From: Patellaria atrata CBS 101060
Taxonomy: Eukaryota
Reading direction: 5' to 3'
Length of the DNA stretch: 64,000 nucleotides
Assembly: GCA_010093705.1 (NCBI GenBank)
Contig: MU006090.1
Location: 1,081,817 to 1,145,816, forward strand
Both the position numbers and the translations under genes were made by a program. A model generated the notes under the pieces. That model had not been told where the DNA came from. It made no database searches and was given only the letters and a program-made list of their open reading frames with translations. Of the stretch, positions 24,468 to 38,916 are shown in pieces. How positions within the stretch are numbered: the stretch's first letter is position 1; each line of letters begins with the position of its first letter.

Positions 24468-25633
24468 ATGGCACCGGCAGCGACAAGCCAAGTGCTGTTA
24501 TCGCCAGCAGAGTTATCATTCTTGCATTCCTCTCTTCTGCTACAACCTCCTGTAAGACCAGACGGACGCGCTCCTAACCAATTCCGTCCATTAGTCGCAG
24601 AAACTGATATACTACCTGGCGCGAATGGCAGTGCGCGAATATGCTTTCCCGACGGGACTGAAGCTATCGTAGGTATAAAAGCGGAGGTAGAAAAGTCTCA
24701 ATGGCGGGCTAATCTCTCGGAAGATGGAGCTCACCTTGGAACTGGTGGAGGTGATGTAGAGATGGAGGAGGACGGTGGAAAACCACAAGAGGAAGCTAGC
24801 AGCCACGGCAACGGGGAAATGTCTTGGATCGAGTTGAGTATTGAAATACCAGGGTTCCGAGATGATGATCCTCTTCCTATATTCCTCGCTGCTATGTTGT
24901 CTGAAGGATTGCTTGCTGGGGAAGAACTTAAAGACCGATTGTGGATCAATAGACGCTTCCACTGGAAGCTTTACATCGACGTCAGTTGCTCTAGATAATA
25001 TCTTATCGTAAACTAACAGCCCACTAGATACTACTGCTATCCCCACCGCTGTCATACCCGCTTCCTCTTCTTTCATTAACGACCCATCTTGCCCTACTAT
25101 CGAGCCGGATCCCGAAGCTAAAGTCAGAACAGGATGAAGACCCCCTCTTCGACGACGACTGGGAAGCATCCCTTTATTTATACCCTAAATTGCCAACAGG
25201 AAAACGCATAGACCGACCCCCGATCACCCTCCTCGTTATGGCTGTCGGGTCGAATATCATCTTTGATCCTAGCAAGGAGGAACTTGCAGTCGCTGAGGCT
25301 GTCCTCGCTGTATCAGTGCGTGAATCACAAAGGAGAGAGAACGACACTTCGGGCAGAAGGCTAAATCTGCTATCGATCCGGTCAGTAGACTCTCCGTCAC
25401 GGCTAACACCATCTGGAGTACCGAACACCATGAACACTGCAACTGGTGGTAGCGCCCCGGTCTCGAGTCAGGATGCCGTGGCACAACGTGAGTCTATAGA
25501 CCAGAAAGGGGTTTGGAATCCACCGAGAGGTGGAGTTAAAAGGGCGTTGATAACTAGGATCATTAAGCTAGTCTTGGAGCCAAATGGTGTCGCACAAGAA
25601 GTTATGGATGGGCTAAATGGCGTTGAGGTATGA
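24468..25633 (+). CDS. RRP42: Exosome RNase PH-like subunit, Rrp42 type, 2 exons
   Basis: LSPAELSFL...RPDGR...FRP...ANGSAR...GIKAEV; WKLYID; intron at about 24981-25028; FDPSKEE. Confidence 0.85.
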
Positions 25634-26641
25634 GCCATCACGCGCGCTTTAATCCTCGCGGGAATACAAAAAGTCTGTTCCGCCCTTTGAAACAGAGAGA
25701 GGTAATGTAGCCCTTGTAGACACGACTGAAAATACCAGAGGACTAGAGATCGTCTCTTCTTGAGGCATATTCTCTCCCAACCATTCCATATTATGTTGAC
25801 AGTTTCGCGTCTACAGCATAGGCTCAAAGGAGAATTCTACAAATACATTTCTCCAAGGTTTGGTGGATAAGTTGCCAACTCATCCAAGGTAATCCTAAAG
25901 ACAAAATAGTGACATTCAAGTCAGCTGTTATCATAGCAGGTAACTCATCCAATTTGGTGTTCGTTTCCTCGTGCTAGTTGGAAGTCTAGTATCATAGCTC
26001 AGAGAAATCCGTAGTATTGAAACAACTGAATTGATAGAAGTGTACGACTCGCCTCTATCTGAACCAGAAGTGATCTTTTGAATAACATCTCATCCCTGTC
26101 ACAGCTCCTCTTCCCTACTGTACGGCCAAGTCTGTTCCGTTCTCCAACTTGTCTGTACACGAAAACCGAACTCATACAAATGGTCCCAATGGTACGTAGG
26201 AGCTAAATGTACTAAACTCACTATATGCTTATTCTCTCAAAGAGATTCGGACTCCTGTGCAAAGTCGAGAATGTACAATTGGCGCCCTAACCGTATGTAT
26301 GAATTGATCGTATAATCAATTGAATTGGTTGTTATCGCAGAATTAGTTCTTTCTCACCGTCCGCTTTTAATAAAACCGGCAGAATATTCGACCCCAAACG
26401 GGAGGCGTCTAGGGGCCAAAGTTTTAGGAGTGCTAGGCGCTCAGCCCCGAAGTTCTTGGTGCTACCCACCGATAAGCTCTTGAAGGCGGTGAGAAAGGAC
26501 TTTGAGTAGCTACCTCCGTAGTCTCTGTTTTCCTACACTATCAAAATGCGTGTTTGGCTCATCTCGTCCTCCGTAAAACTCTCCCGCTCACTACCGCATA
26601 TCACAGAGAAAATTTTGGTGATCCTGTACAATATCATCAGA

Positions 26642-27515
26642 ATGACTACAGCATCAATTCCTCGATTTCTTCTTCCGCGAGGAGAGGAGCTCCTACGTCG
26701 TTCAAATGTAATACCGAACCGCATTGTTCTCCCAATTACCCTCCACCTACAAGCCCGCAATGCGTCTACAAGCAAAGCTCCCAAACCAAAACCCAGCAAT
26801 ATATTAGAAAAGCCCGAAAAGTTCAACCCGCCCTCTCATCCCGCAAGGCTAGTCAAGAACAAGATGCCCAGGATATACGGCACGCCATTATCCCAGCAGC
26901 AGAAAGAGGAGCAGAAGAAGAAAAAGTATCCCAACATGATGCCACCGGAGGGGACATTCATGCATTGGTTCTTAACGAACAAGGGGATTCACATATGGAT
27001 AAGTATGGTACGTATACAATCTCTTCATAGGCCCAAGACGGGATCCTAACATCTCTCAGGGCGTCCTCACGACCCTCGCCTTCTACACCCTCCTCCTTGA
27101 CTTCCTCACCACAACACCCTACACCGACCTCCTCCCCGCGCGCTCCGAGATCCTCTCCCATCCCATCGTCTTTTTCCGACAGTACCTCGAAGTCTATCGC
27201 ATGCACACCGCGTATATCAGCGCGCAAACGGCAGAGCGGCGGCGGCACAAAGTCGAAGATGTGCAGAAGCGGAGTGCGTACCGCAAGGCGCACGGGATGG
27301 AGGATAACGAGGGCTTTGGGGGATGGACCGCGAGGAGGGAGAGTGAGGCATTGGGACCGGCAATTAAAGTCCCGGATTTGGATAGTGGTAGTCCGAAGAG
27401 GGTAGAGGAGAATGTTGGGGTTGTGGGAAGTGATGGTGAGGGACAGGGTGAGTTTGTGGATATTGAGGGGAGGAAGAGAGTAAAGCCGAAGAAGTGGTTT
27501 GGGATTTGGGAGTAA
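26642..27515 (+). CDS. Hypothetical fungal membrane protein, probably mitochondrial, 2 exons
   Basis: Arg-rich presequence-like N-terminus ending ARNAST; LEKPEKFNPPSHPARL; YPNMMPPEGTFMHWFLT; intron 27008-27059; C-terminal KKWFGIWE. Confidence 0.7.
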
Positions 27516-30500
27516 TGTATTATGGTTCTATATTATCAAAGCTAGTATGAAGACCATAAGTTAACACCATGGTCGAAGAATAGAGCTCGATCTCGATGAT
27601 ATTTCTTGTAAATATTTTAGTATCAGTAGCATGACTCCCTCCTCTGGGATGCGACACCTCAAGGACATTGACTTTTCCATGACATTCCTGCTATTTCTCA
27701 ATGTCGTTACTGTGCAGTAGTGGTACATGTAATTTTCAAGGGTGTATGGTTCAACTACAGCGTCGAGTATCCTCTCCGGACTGACGGCTCTATGGGCGAT
27801 TAGTAAAGAAATGATCGTTGCCCCAGCCAGTGACGAATGACATTACTCGGTCTTTATATGCTTGTAAACTACTGCTGGCAGGTGGTTGAGCCCAGCACAG
27901 TCAGAGTCTCCCTTACCAGTACGGTTAAGTTTCACGTATTGTTAGAAGGCCTTCGTACGTTGCGAGTTAATCTATACAGTAGATTTAGAGCTATAGAACG
28001 GATTTATAATACCCAACTCAATAAGAACAGGTAATATTTGATCAGAGACGCCCCGTAGATTTCATTCTCTCCTGCACAACATGGTACGGAATAGCTTTAT
28101 AACGGAGCGGATGTTAGTCCGGGAGTGTCCTGATGGGGAAAGCGATATTGAACCGGTTCGGAACGGCTCGCCCATCGGCATTCGACGGAATCTCGTGGTA
28201 TAATTGTCTGTGCTGCTTCTACAGAAGGTGCAGTTATTTCGGGAAGCTGTTGGTCTTACTTCTGCAATGTAGTTCTTGCGCAACTATTATTCAACAGACC
28301 TCAACAGTCACATAACGCGGAATAAGGTACAGATTCTGTGCTGAAGCCTCCCATCATGGCTAACAGTAATCAAAATCGGCAAGATACGACACCTTTGATC
28401 GGAGACTTCAGGAAGGTGCGATTACGTTGACCCCCACCTCCTTTGTAGGCGTTGCTTTGCCCCCACGCCCCAACATCTAACGCTCTTTTATTTTTATGTT
28501 TCTGGAAAGTCGGCGAAGACGCCCACACGTGAAGTCTTAGAGATAACTGTGTTTCATCGATGAGACCGAGAAAAATGAAATCAAAGCGTTCGAAGAAATG
28601 CTGACATGACCTTCAGAGATGGTCGAAACGTTGGTCACTGTCGGTTTCTTGTTCAATAAAAAGACCTTTGACATTTTATAGAAACGATTTCCGTACGAAA
28701 AGAAAAGGATTCTAGGGGACAGCGACGTATCCTAGCAAGTGCTCGAATGGAAGAGTAGGAGAAGCAGCCCAACAGCTAAGACGGTGGGCCGAAAAAGATA
28801 TATTTTGGGATCAGTTCTCCGACGCGCGATGCTTACCAAATGACGGCTGTTACTTAATGTTTCTCAACTGGAGATTAGAGAAATTCCCATATATAGTATC
28901 GAATATCGCTCAGATTGCTAGATTGGTCATGGAAAGAAAAGCTATCTGCTAGACAAAATACGTTCTTAAAGCGCGTATCACAACAAACACGAGAGATCCT
29001 GACTCCTGAGGGAGTTGGAAGACAAGTAGGATTTGCAAAAGAACAAATTATCTTGGGTGTCCAGAGCCCGGGGACCTGTAAAGAGAGCGTGTTCCTGAAA
29101 GCCCGCAGTTCTTATGCAGGTGAAACCGTTGCATGCAGTTTCGTCCCGCAAGGCTTTCTCTTCCCGGACTCTCCACAACCCGGTACAGCATCGTTATGGT
29201 ACTGTAATACGGTAGCGGACTGAAAAACAAAGTAAAATGAGAAATCAATCGGACTGCTTATCCGGAATTCATCAAGGTAAACGATTATTGACGTAGAAAT
29301 TTGTTGATTCCTTGGACACGAAGAAGTGATGCTCTGGAAGACTCATTTCTTGATGTCACAAAAGTTCCTTTGACGAGGAATATTGAGTGCTTGAGTTTTG
29401 CCTGTTTGACAACCTTTCCGGATCGACCAAAAATTAGAGGCCCACGGCTACCGCTTCCCGCTGTCAACTCAAAATTGGGATGGCTCCTTGAGTTTTTCAT
29501 CCATTCTCGGCGTCTTTTCCAAGTTGGCAACACCCTTGCGCCAAAACAGCATCCGGCTGCATCCCCGTCACCCGGAAGCGCTAGAAGCAACTTTTGGGCT
29601 GCGGATCTTCAAGACGGCGTTCGTTGGTGAAAGTACTGTAGAGTAAGACCGTTATCCAATCATCAATTTCCAATTTCTTGCTCGCCAATTAGGGTCTGGA
29701 TATCTAGAAACAGCAGCGCTCACCAATTTCCAGGAAGGAAGACTATCTTTGAACAAGAAAAGTGCCTGGTGACAGGTTGAGAACTGAGTGATGATTCGGC
29801 TCCATGCGTTAGCTTGTAACTTGTTTACAAATGGAATATTTACGGTAAGATCATTCGCGGAAGCTGTCTAGATCGGTGTTGAAAGCGTGTAGACGTAGTT
29901 ATGCAGAATAATACTTGTAATTGTGAGTCAGGGTACTAAATAATGAAAGGACCCAAGCGAAGGAAAAGGGGCGGCCCTGGGTTCACTTTCACGTTTGGGT
30001 GGATATCGCCGGAGCGTGTCGTGCGTGTTTAGTCCAGCACCGGGCAACGTGGCCGTCCGTTACTTGCTTCGATGACCCTGTATAAATCACGTCGTGGATC
30101 ACAGCAGAAATTCACGTTTAGAATTGATTCCAACAGCATACTTCTTTGAACATATGCGCATATCGTCGTACTCATGGTTGAAAGGGTTGAAGAGGAAAAG
30201 GGAAATTCCGCTTAAGGTAATGGAAGGTATGATACGGATGTGAAAAACTAGAGAAACAGGAAAGAGCAGACCGGACACGCGAGACGCGCGCAGAGGCGGC
30301 GACTGCAGAGAACGTCAATCAATTGACCTCATCTCGTCAAAAAACACTGCAGATGTACAAAGTAGATTAGCACAAAAATAAATAATCATAATAATAATAA
30401 AAATTGCGCCCGTGCAGCCAGTACTGTAATGCAGATTGGATCCTTGCCAAAACAGCCTTAAGATTACGATTTGACACGTTAAGGAGGCCCCTAAGCCCCC

Positions 30501-31979
30501 TACGCTGGGGTTACGGTAAGGCTCGTTGGCGTCCTTTCCCTATCCCTCCGACTTTCAACCCCTACGCTTACCTTAAAAGGTTCATGGGCAGAAACATCGC
30601 CAACTTCAACCCCCCGTCAGCACGAGCACTACCTCACTGCCCTGAGCACTACTCAGATCCAATACCCATTCACTTCCTTCTCATCTCTTGTTTTTGACGC
30701 CCGTTGTGGAAAAATAACTGTTGCACGCCCAGTCACTCTCCAGATAATCATTACCAATCTAGTTGATTACCATGAATACCATCTGAACGAAGGTGATGGC
30801 TGTTGCTCTTCTGTTGCGACCTGTATCGCGCATTAATCACGTCGCCGCATAGCTTCACGTCCACACTTTCCATCATTCAACAACCTTCTTGAAACTCTTT
30901 TGCACCCACTAGATATTGTACACCGACTCGTCTTGTTCTCGCTCGCTCTAGAGTAGTTGGACACGTCTCACTTGACTTTTCTGCCCTTGCGCTCCAAAAC
31001 CGACACCGCTGTTCTCTATACTGGTATCAATTCAACATACGCGGCTAGCTTCCTTCCGCCAGCAAATCCACGCGAGCCCTCCTTTCAGCCATTTCTGAAA
31101 TTCCTTTGCGTGAGCATCCCAGAGGCTCAAGTCTTAGGAAGACTCCTGAAGCCAGCTCCTTCCTTATCGTTACATACCATCCCGTCATTCTTTTCACCTG
31201 AGTCGTTTGACTTCCGCTTCCCCAGAACGTTGACCTCTCTATTCACTCCTTTTCTGGAATCAACTCAACCATAGTGGGTCTCGGACCACCTCAAACCTAT
31301 CCGAGATTGACGGGAACGATTCATGCTATTCTAGCATCCTCTAATTCCTCTCCCAACCATCTCTAACTCCTAAGGGAGCATACGCTCTTGAATCTGGACT
31401 TTCGATCTTCATCGACCTAATCCCAGAAACCTGGAGTATCCATCTCTCAGTTCTCTCTGAAGTCAAAACTCACCTAATCCGCATTGGCAAAGGGCCACAG
31501 CTTCTTGAAATTTTGATTCATTGTGGAACAAGCAAAGGAAAGCCAGACGAAATATCCCTCAGGTCTCCTATTCGAGAAGCCCTTCCGTTGATTTCTATAT
31601 CACTCGGCGGCGCACAGTCCTTCGCGTCAACATCCCGAGCTCCACTCGACAGCCACCTCCACGCTATGGTCAAATCTCTGCTTCTTTAATCATTAATCAG
31701 AGCAGCTTCATCGTCGGAAGCCCCCTACCGTGGTTCTGGAGCCTCCTGACGTTAGCTTCAAGCCGTTTTTCCCACCATTTGTCCAGTCTCCTCTTCCTCC
31801 CGAACTTGCATCCTGCAACAACCTGGACCCTGACCCTTCTCACTATTACACCGCATCTCTATCGATTAACTTATCAAGGCGGTGCTCTCTACCCCTCTGT
31901 CTTCAAGTAACCGTCACGGCGATTTTGAGATTCAGGTGAAGCAACTTGGCGTCATTAACAACGACATAGCCCACAGGCA

Positions 31980-32066
31980 ATGAGCAACAAAATTCCTTGA
32001 ATCCAAATCAACGCTGGTAAGCAGATGTCATATCATGAAAGAAACTAGCAATCTGACATATCATAG
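31980..32066 (+). promoter_or_regulatory. Probable 5'-leader elements of the IME2-like gene: short uORF (31980-32000) and 50-nt UTR intron (32017-32066)
   Basis: ATGAGCAACAAAATTCCTTGA; GTAAGC...CTGAC...TAG ending 78 nt before the kinase ATG. Confidence 0.5.
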
Positions 32067-32144
32067 TGTACCACGCTTTCACGACCACAGTCATCATACA
32101 GTGAAGTGCTAGCGCGTTGCGTCAAAACATCTTGTGTGACCAAA

Positions 32145-34634
32145 ATGACTGTAACGTACGACACGTCCTACCGTGGGTGGTCACAGGGCTCATCAGCTAT
32201 GACTTGCCTTGAGGACAAGTACGAGGTGCAGAAAGAGATCGGAGATGGAAGTTTTGGTAGCGTCGTTTTAGCACGCGTTCGAGGCGCTGGCGCTCACATC
32301 GCACGTAGAGGGACTATGGTATGTCACGCGTTTGAAAGGTTTTGATCAACTTCATCTGATTTTTCATGCAGGTCGCAATCAAGACGATGAAGAAATCGTT
32401 CGAATCATTCAATCATTGTCTTGAATTACGGGAAGTCATCTTTTTAAAAACTCTCCCTCCTCATCCTCATCTAGTACCAGCACTTGATATCTTCCTTGAT
32501 CCATTCAGCAAGAAACTCCACATTGCTATGGAGTACATGGACGGTAATCTTTACCAGCTTATGAAATCAAGGGAATACAAGCACTTGGACTCCGCAAGCG
32601 TAAAGAGTATCCTCTTTCAAATAATGTCTGGATTGGAACACATCCATGAACATAGCTTCTTCCATCGGGACATCAAACCTGAGAACATTCTCGTCTCTAC
32701 TTCGGCTCCACACGACTCATCTAACGCTTTCCGTCGGTACTCAGCTCTGGTCACGCCACCTTCTACGCCCCCGGTCTTTACGATCAAGATTGCAGATTTT
32801 GGACTGGCCCGTGAGACACATTCAAAGTTGGCTTATACAACCTATGTATCAACAAGATGGTATCGTGCCCCGGAGGTTCTATTACGAGCTGGCGAGTACT
32901 CAGCACCTGTAGATATATGGGCTGTAGGAGCAATGGCTGTAGAGATTGCAACGTTGAAGCCATTATTTCCCGGTGGGAACGAGGTAGATCAGGTCTGGAG
33001 AGTATGCGAAATAATGGGTAGTCCAGGGGGTTGGGTGAATAAGCACGGAAACCGAGTTGGGGGAGGAGAATGGAAAGACGGTGTACGTCTAGCGCAAAAG
33101 CTAGGCTTTGCATTCCCTAAGGTATTCTTTTTTTCAATCTGTCGTCGGAAGTCCCTGCTGATTATTCATTCAGATGGCCCCACACTCGATGGAAACCATT
33201 CTGCCTTCCCCAGAATGGCCGTCAAGTCTCGCAAACTTCGTCACGTGGTGTTTAATGTGGGATCCCAAGAACCGTCCGACCTCGACTCAGGCTTTGAACC
33301 ATGAATATTTTGCTGATGCTGTGGATCCCCTCCGTCCAAAAACTTCGTCATCACGGTTCCTTTCGCGGAAGCAGTCAGATCTTAGTGGCACTACTGCCCG
33401 AGACCCCAATGATTCGGTGCCAAGCCTCAGCTCGAAGACGTCTTCATGGTTTAGAAAATCACTCGTTGCTCGCGAGAGCGGCCCAGCTGTACCACAGCAC
33501 ACCGCCAACATCAGACCTGCATCGCCACGTCCAGCACCTATGCATTCTAATACTGACACTGCCGTAGCTAGCAAGGTTAGGCCTAGCGCCAGTAAGCGGG
33601 CTACGTGGGCAAACGGAGTACCATCAAATGCCGCACCCATGCCAATCTTACCATCAATAAGACCAGTTTCTCCACTATCAGATGCAGTAACTGCACAGGG
33701 AAACACGAGAGTAATTAATGGAGAAGAGAAGGCCGTTAAGAAGATTGGACGTCAACTATCTGTTCAATCACATGGAAATCATTATGCGGATGTACACAGA
33801 CAAGAGGCCGAAAGAGCGTTGAACGGTCATTCAGGTGTTGCTTCACCATCAAGTGGTCACAGAGAGAGTTTCTTCTCCCACTTACGGAAGCGTGCCAGAA
33901 GGCTATCTGGACGCTATCAAACGCCCATGTCACCTAACTCAGACGACATCGAAGCAAATGCGGGATGTGCACCATGGGTCAGCAGTAACAGGCAATCCAT
34001 GGTCGTCGACTCAGTTCCCGCTCCAATGCAGCAACACGCGAATTTTGCAGAACTTGACAAAGCTCTTCAGAATGTTCGCTACAGTCTCGACGCGTCCCAA
34101 GCTTCCTGCGTAAAGAATGTGTCTCGCGTAGCAAGTAACCCAGTATTGAAAAGACACCATTCCGTCCCAAACGGCCAAGAGAATGCTTCAGCCGATCCTT
34201 CACAGTCACCGGTTGCCGTTGGCGGACCCATTTCAAGTCGTACGAGGAGAGCCCTTCAAAAACAGTCTCATCCAAGTCATCGATACGAAACACCTGATGA
34301 GGAGGAGGAACTCCTCGATGAGGCTCTTACATCTGCCCATACGGCTGCAGCGCGACTAGACCGACAACTACAGCAGAAGTCAACTGGCCTCCCTACTCCA
34401 GCATCAGTCGTAGCTACGACATCTTATCTTACCCCATCACCATCTGCAAATCGTAACAGCGTCAACTTTGGTCAAGATCCCTATGCGACTCCTTCTAAAC
34501 CATTGGAGATCACCAAGACACGACCAAAGCAAGAAGACCACAACCCCAAGTGGCCCACACCACCCTATGACGAAAACGATTGGGCAACGGCTGCAGCAGC
34601 TAGCATATTCGCAGCGCAAGCAGGGTACAGATAG
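32145..34634 (+). CDS. IME2: Ime2/Crk1/ImeB-type (MAK/ICK family) Ser/Thr protein kinase, 3 exons
   Basis: IGDGSFGSV, VAIKTMKK, HRDIKPEN, DFGLAR, activation loop YTTYVSTRWYRAPE (TxY); long Ser/Pro-rich tail with WPTPPY. Confidence 0.93.
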
Positions 34635-36620
34635 CCCCGCCTAAAGTGACCTTTTCATATTATTTCCCAAAAATTGTATTATATGCACTTCCGTCAGGTT
34701 CACCCATGCGGCTCTTGAGCCTCCCGACTATGGAAATCTAGTACGGGCTTAGACCTACTGGGACGGACCAGGCAACCTCGCAAAAGTATGAAAGCATATA
34801 CTGGTGTTTCTGGCGTCTTTCTCCATCACTCGCTCGGTTTCGGCCTCATAGATCCATTCAATTTGGCGGCATATATCTTCGCATGGTGTTGGCTGTGTCC
34901 TTGTTTTCAGCGCTTCTTATTCCCCAATTGGCCTCTTCGAATTTCCTTCTGTATTACATGGCCCGGGATTCTTCTCTCACCGATTTCTTTTTCTTTGATA
35001 CCATACTAGACCATCTGTAGTGTATTTCTACGGCGTTCCCTCGCGCATAGCTTGGTCTTATTCGAATTCAGCTCAACGGAGGGAAGGTTCGAGAGACACG
35101 ACTGCTACACAGCATCTACTTTTTTTTTGACTGTTCATTCTCTTCTTTGTCTGATTCTATCGTTCGTTAGCCTCTGGCCCTGGCTGAATTTTCATATCTT
35201 ATCCATATAAGTACCCCCATGGAAGGGAGGGAACACTATTGTAATTATCTAATGATGGAATCAAGGCGGATGAACCACAAAGGAGTGGTGGAAAAGACTC
35301 TAGAATTGAGTCCTCGCTTAGGACGTTGCATCGCAAGATATTCTTGTCTTTCTGTGAGGTTAAGGATTATCTAGGCTGCGATCACATTGCTCGCTGTGAG
35401 CCGAAAAAGTAGATATAAGTAGTGGAAATTTGAAAATGCCTCCCAGCTCTAACACCTTCGCGCAATCTAATGATAACTTGATTCTACTTTTGTAAGTGGC
35501 GGTAAATTGGAAGTTCAATACCATCTATCATGTCCTCACTAATACTTGCTCTCTCAGGGCAGATCATGATGCCGAATAATCAGATCTTCACTCTTCACTC
35601 CCAGGTGAAGTGATCTTCATTATATTCGCTTTCGTTTCACAACCTTTTCGTTCTGTCACGCAGATATCCTTAAATACGACGACGTCCCACCAGAACCCCT
35701 CGATTTCGTGATGAGTCAAGCAATACAACAAGAAGCATAATAGTTAGAGTATCATCTTACATCTTCACATAACAGGAAAGTTTCACTTTGCGAGCTTAGA
35801 AGCTCATATCCAGCGGTTGAAGACGAGTGGGCCTGTATTAAACCTTGCGAGCTTTGGCGTGACCGTATGAGCATCATTGATCATCTGCTACCGGCAGCGT
35901 AGTGATCATACTTTTGTCTTTTAGGGGATTTGAGACAGTATCTGTATAGAGGATATTTTTTCGTCCCCTTCGAAGTCTATGGACATTAATGGGCAGAGGA
36001 CTGATCATAAGAAGCGGATATAATCAAGGGCTACAGTCTTACCGGAATTATAAGAGCTAGTAGTACTGCAATAGCCCGTACAGCTTCCACACCATTATGT
36101 TCCTAATGTCAAAAGCGTAGTGAACTGCAACCATTGACGAGATTACGGATTCTGAAATTGACTAACGGATCGTGTTATGCGTATGGACACAATTGACAGC
36201 TGTGTGCATAAATTGTTTCCTCCAATTCAAATCACCGAACGGGAACAGTGTTGGGACAAAGAGTTGGCGCAACGGCGAGTTTCTACTAATCGAACACGGT
36301 GACTGTGTCTACGACGTCTTGAACTTGAGGAATTTCTTGTCTGTGGTGCAGTTCAGTTTGTTCAAAACCCATTCGATTCGGGGTGTACAGAGCAGGCACT
36401 AATTCATCTTCTTTTGTACGCCGTACAGTAGGGCCATATTTTCCAGAGCATGTGGGGGAAAGTTTTCCGGACAACGGTCTCGCTTGTATTCAATGAGGAC
36501 CCTTCAGCTTAAAGGTGGGTTCCATTTTGGTCGCATGAAGATACCTCTAGTCGGCCACAGGTACCCACTATAATTCCGTATACCGGGCAACCTGAGGAAG
36601 GAAATTCGTGTGTATTGAGG

Positions 36621-38524
36621 TTAACCACCCTTGAATACGACGTTCAAAAGGTTCGGTCTATGCGCAATATGCCGGGTAATCAAGAAGAATATAACCATTA
36701 AAAAACAATAACAGAGCCATGCCCACCATCGGTTAGGTATCATTGACATGCTAAAAATACCGGTCACTAGAGAAAGAGGGAGGTATATCTATACGGAGCT
36801 CAAGGTTAGCTTTTTAAAAGGGTTGAGCATGCCTAGGAGTTCATACCACAGTCATTCTTGTCAGTGTCGCTATCTGGATGTTCTGCGCTGCTGCACTTCT
36901 ACCAAGTTCCCGCGTAATACCACTTTCCTTAAGGGTGGACGCGCTAACAATCCCATCCTTCAATCCATTGAAGAGATCGAATTTCTGGTGAAGGGACAAA
37001 TGCATAGATCGTAGATCGTCTACGTGACCTCGTACGTCCGAAATGTATTCCCGCCACGTTTCTTTATATTCGTCGCTACCACTTACCTCAAAACACGGAA
37101 GATCATTGGTTTCGAAATTCTCCCAGGCCGCGACGGTCCTTCGTATACAATCTCGGAATTTGCGAATGGTGGATATCGTGACGGTAAGTTCTCTGGTCCT
37201 TGTAAGGTGTTCGTCATCGAAGAATTCCACGATAGTGCTCTCTTCCTGTCATGCGCAGTTAGTTGGCTTTGGATAGGACCGGGACGTGTTGTTTACATAT
37301 GGAGCCATCCTTTCCTCGAAGACATTGATAAGTGCGCCCCATTCTCTTGTCGATTGCATCATACGCCTGGCGAACACCATGAGGTAATATTGACGCGGGT
37401 TCCAAATAGGGAATTCGACCCAGATAGAGCCACCACTTGCGGGATCTATACCACCGTCAATGTATGTTCTCTCGTCAGGCTCACTGCCATAGAAAGTATC
37501 AACGAAGCAATAAGAGGTCCACAGCCATTCATCCACCCCGGTCACCAGGAACGACGTCTGCGCTTCATGGTACATTTCATTTCGCTCATCTTCGTTTCGA
37601 GCAAGGGGTAGCGGCCTTGATTTTCGTAGGAGACCATTTCGAAAGCGTCTCCTGTCTTCGTTATGGGCCCCCCGGCGTAGAGCAAAATAAGGTATGTGAA
37701 ATTCCAGGGCGTATCTAGGAGACAGGCTGCTCTGGAGGTAATTAGTGTATGCATGGATTTTCAAGACGGCCCCTGAGGGCCACAAACTTCCATACCAGTG
37801 AGCTACGGAAGAGCGCTCTTGCCAGGAGATGTCGATGAAAAAAGCTTCTCAACGCTGGTGCCATAACATCAGGCGCTGTCGAGGCAATAGCGATCATACA
37901 TGTTGGAGTGACATTGGCAGTATAACTTGAACAGTCAGAGAAAACAAGGTGGGATTAGGTCTTCAGTGGCACACATATTTCTTTTCTCCGCTCCGTTGTC
38001 TTGTCTCTATCTCTGTTAGCCTCGTCCCAGTCAACGTGTTGATTTGCTTATACATTTTCACGCAGTTTCTGGAAAAAATCATGCATGTTGTATATCTCAT
38101 TGACCACATGTTCTCCAGGCGTTGGATAGTTCATATACCCTCGTGGACCTTCCGAGTCCCACGCCCTCGGCCATGAGTTTGAACCTTCTATGTCTTTACG
38201 GTCATTCATCATCGCAACATCATTGCCCGTGATTGTCGTTGGACTCCCAGTCTCGAGGTCTTCTAACTTAGCTAATCGCATGTATTCCCCCAAAGCAGCG
38301 TATTGGATCCTTAGATTCCCTTGGGGGCTGTCGGAGGGGTCCAACCGGGTACCTCGTGTTTTGAGGAATTCAAATACGAGAGCATCAGTCGTCCGAGGGT
38401 CAAACTTCAGTCTTTGTTCGTCTTGCTGTGAGTAGACATGTTGTGGCTGGCGTTTAATGAATTTCCTCTTCCATGTGGATGCTGGGTCGTGGAAATGCAC
38501 CCTCCCACCTGATCCTGACCACAT
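36621..38524 (-). CDS. Uncharacterised fungal protein with a CorA-like C-terminal two-helix membrane segment, about 6 exons
   Basis: Five GT-AG introns with CTRAY join the ORF fragments into one frame. YALEFHIPYFALRR, EAQTSFLVTGVDEWLWTSYCFVDT, IWNPRQYYL. Helical stalk followed by IYLPLSLVTGIFSMS and WAWLCYCFLMVIFFLIT. TAA at 36623-36621. Confidence 0.72.
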
Positions 38525-38916
38525 GTTGGAGAGGTTTTATAATCTATGTTATTTTATAACCATCCCGTATAATTTTCCATGAGATAAAGCTTCTTTATAG
38601 ACACTGTCAAGACCTAAACTTGCGACGAGAACCATATCAGGGCTTTTTGACTGGTGAAGATGTTCACGACACGCAAGGCTGAGAGCTGCCTTGTCAAACG
38701 AGAAGGATTATCCTGCAGGTAGCTTTTCGAGCTGCATGCACGCATCGGTTCGCCTTGGAGCATCGGCACATTAACATGCTTGTACCATAGAAACCTCTAC
38801 AACTGAAATTTTCTTTATTAGCCTTGCGAACCCTTAACATCTCACATTTAGTAACAATATCATTATCGTCTAGCGGGAAGGAGACATCATTCCTACTCGA
38901 GTTACAAGTTACAATA

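Noticed and set aside
27837..31939. Many 60-130 aa ORFs upstream of the IME2-like kinase
   Set aside because: Mostly non-ATG starts, no domain motifs, and no consistent exon chain.
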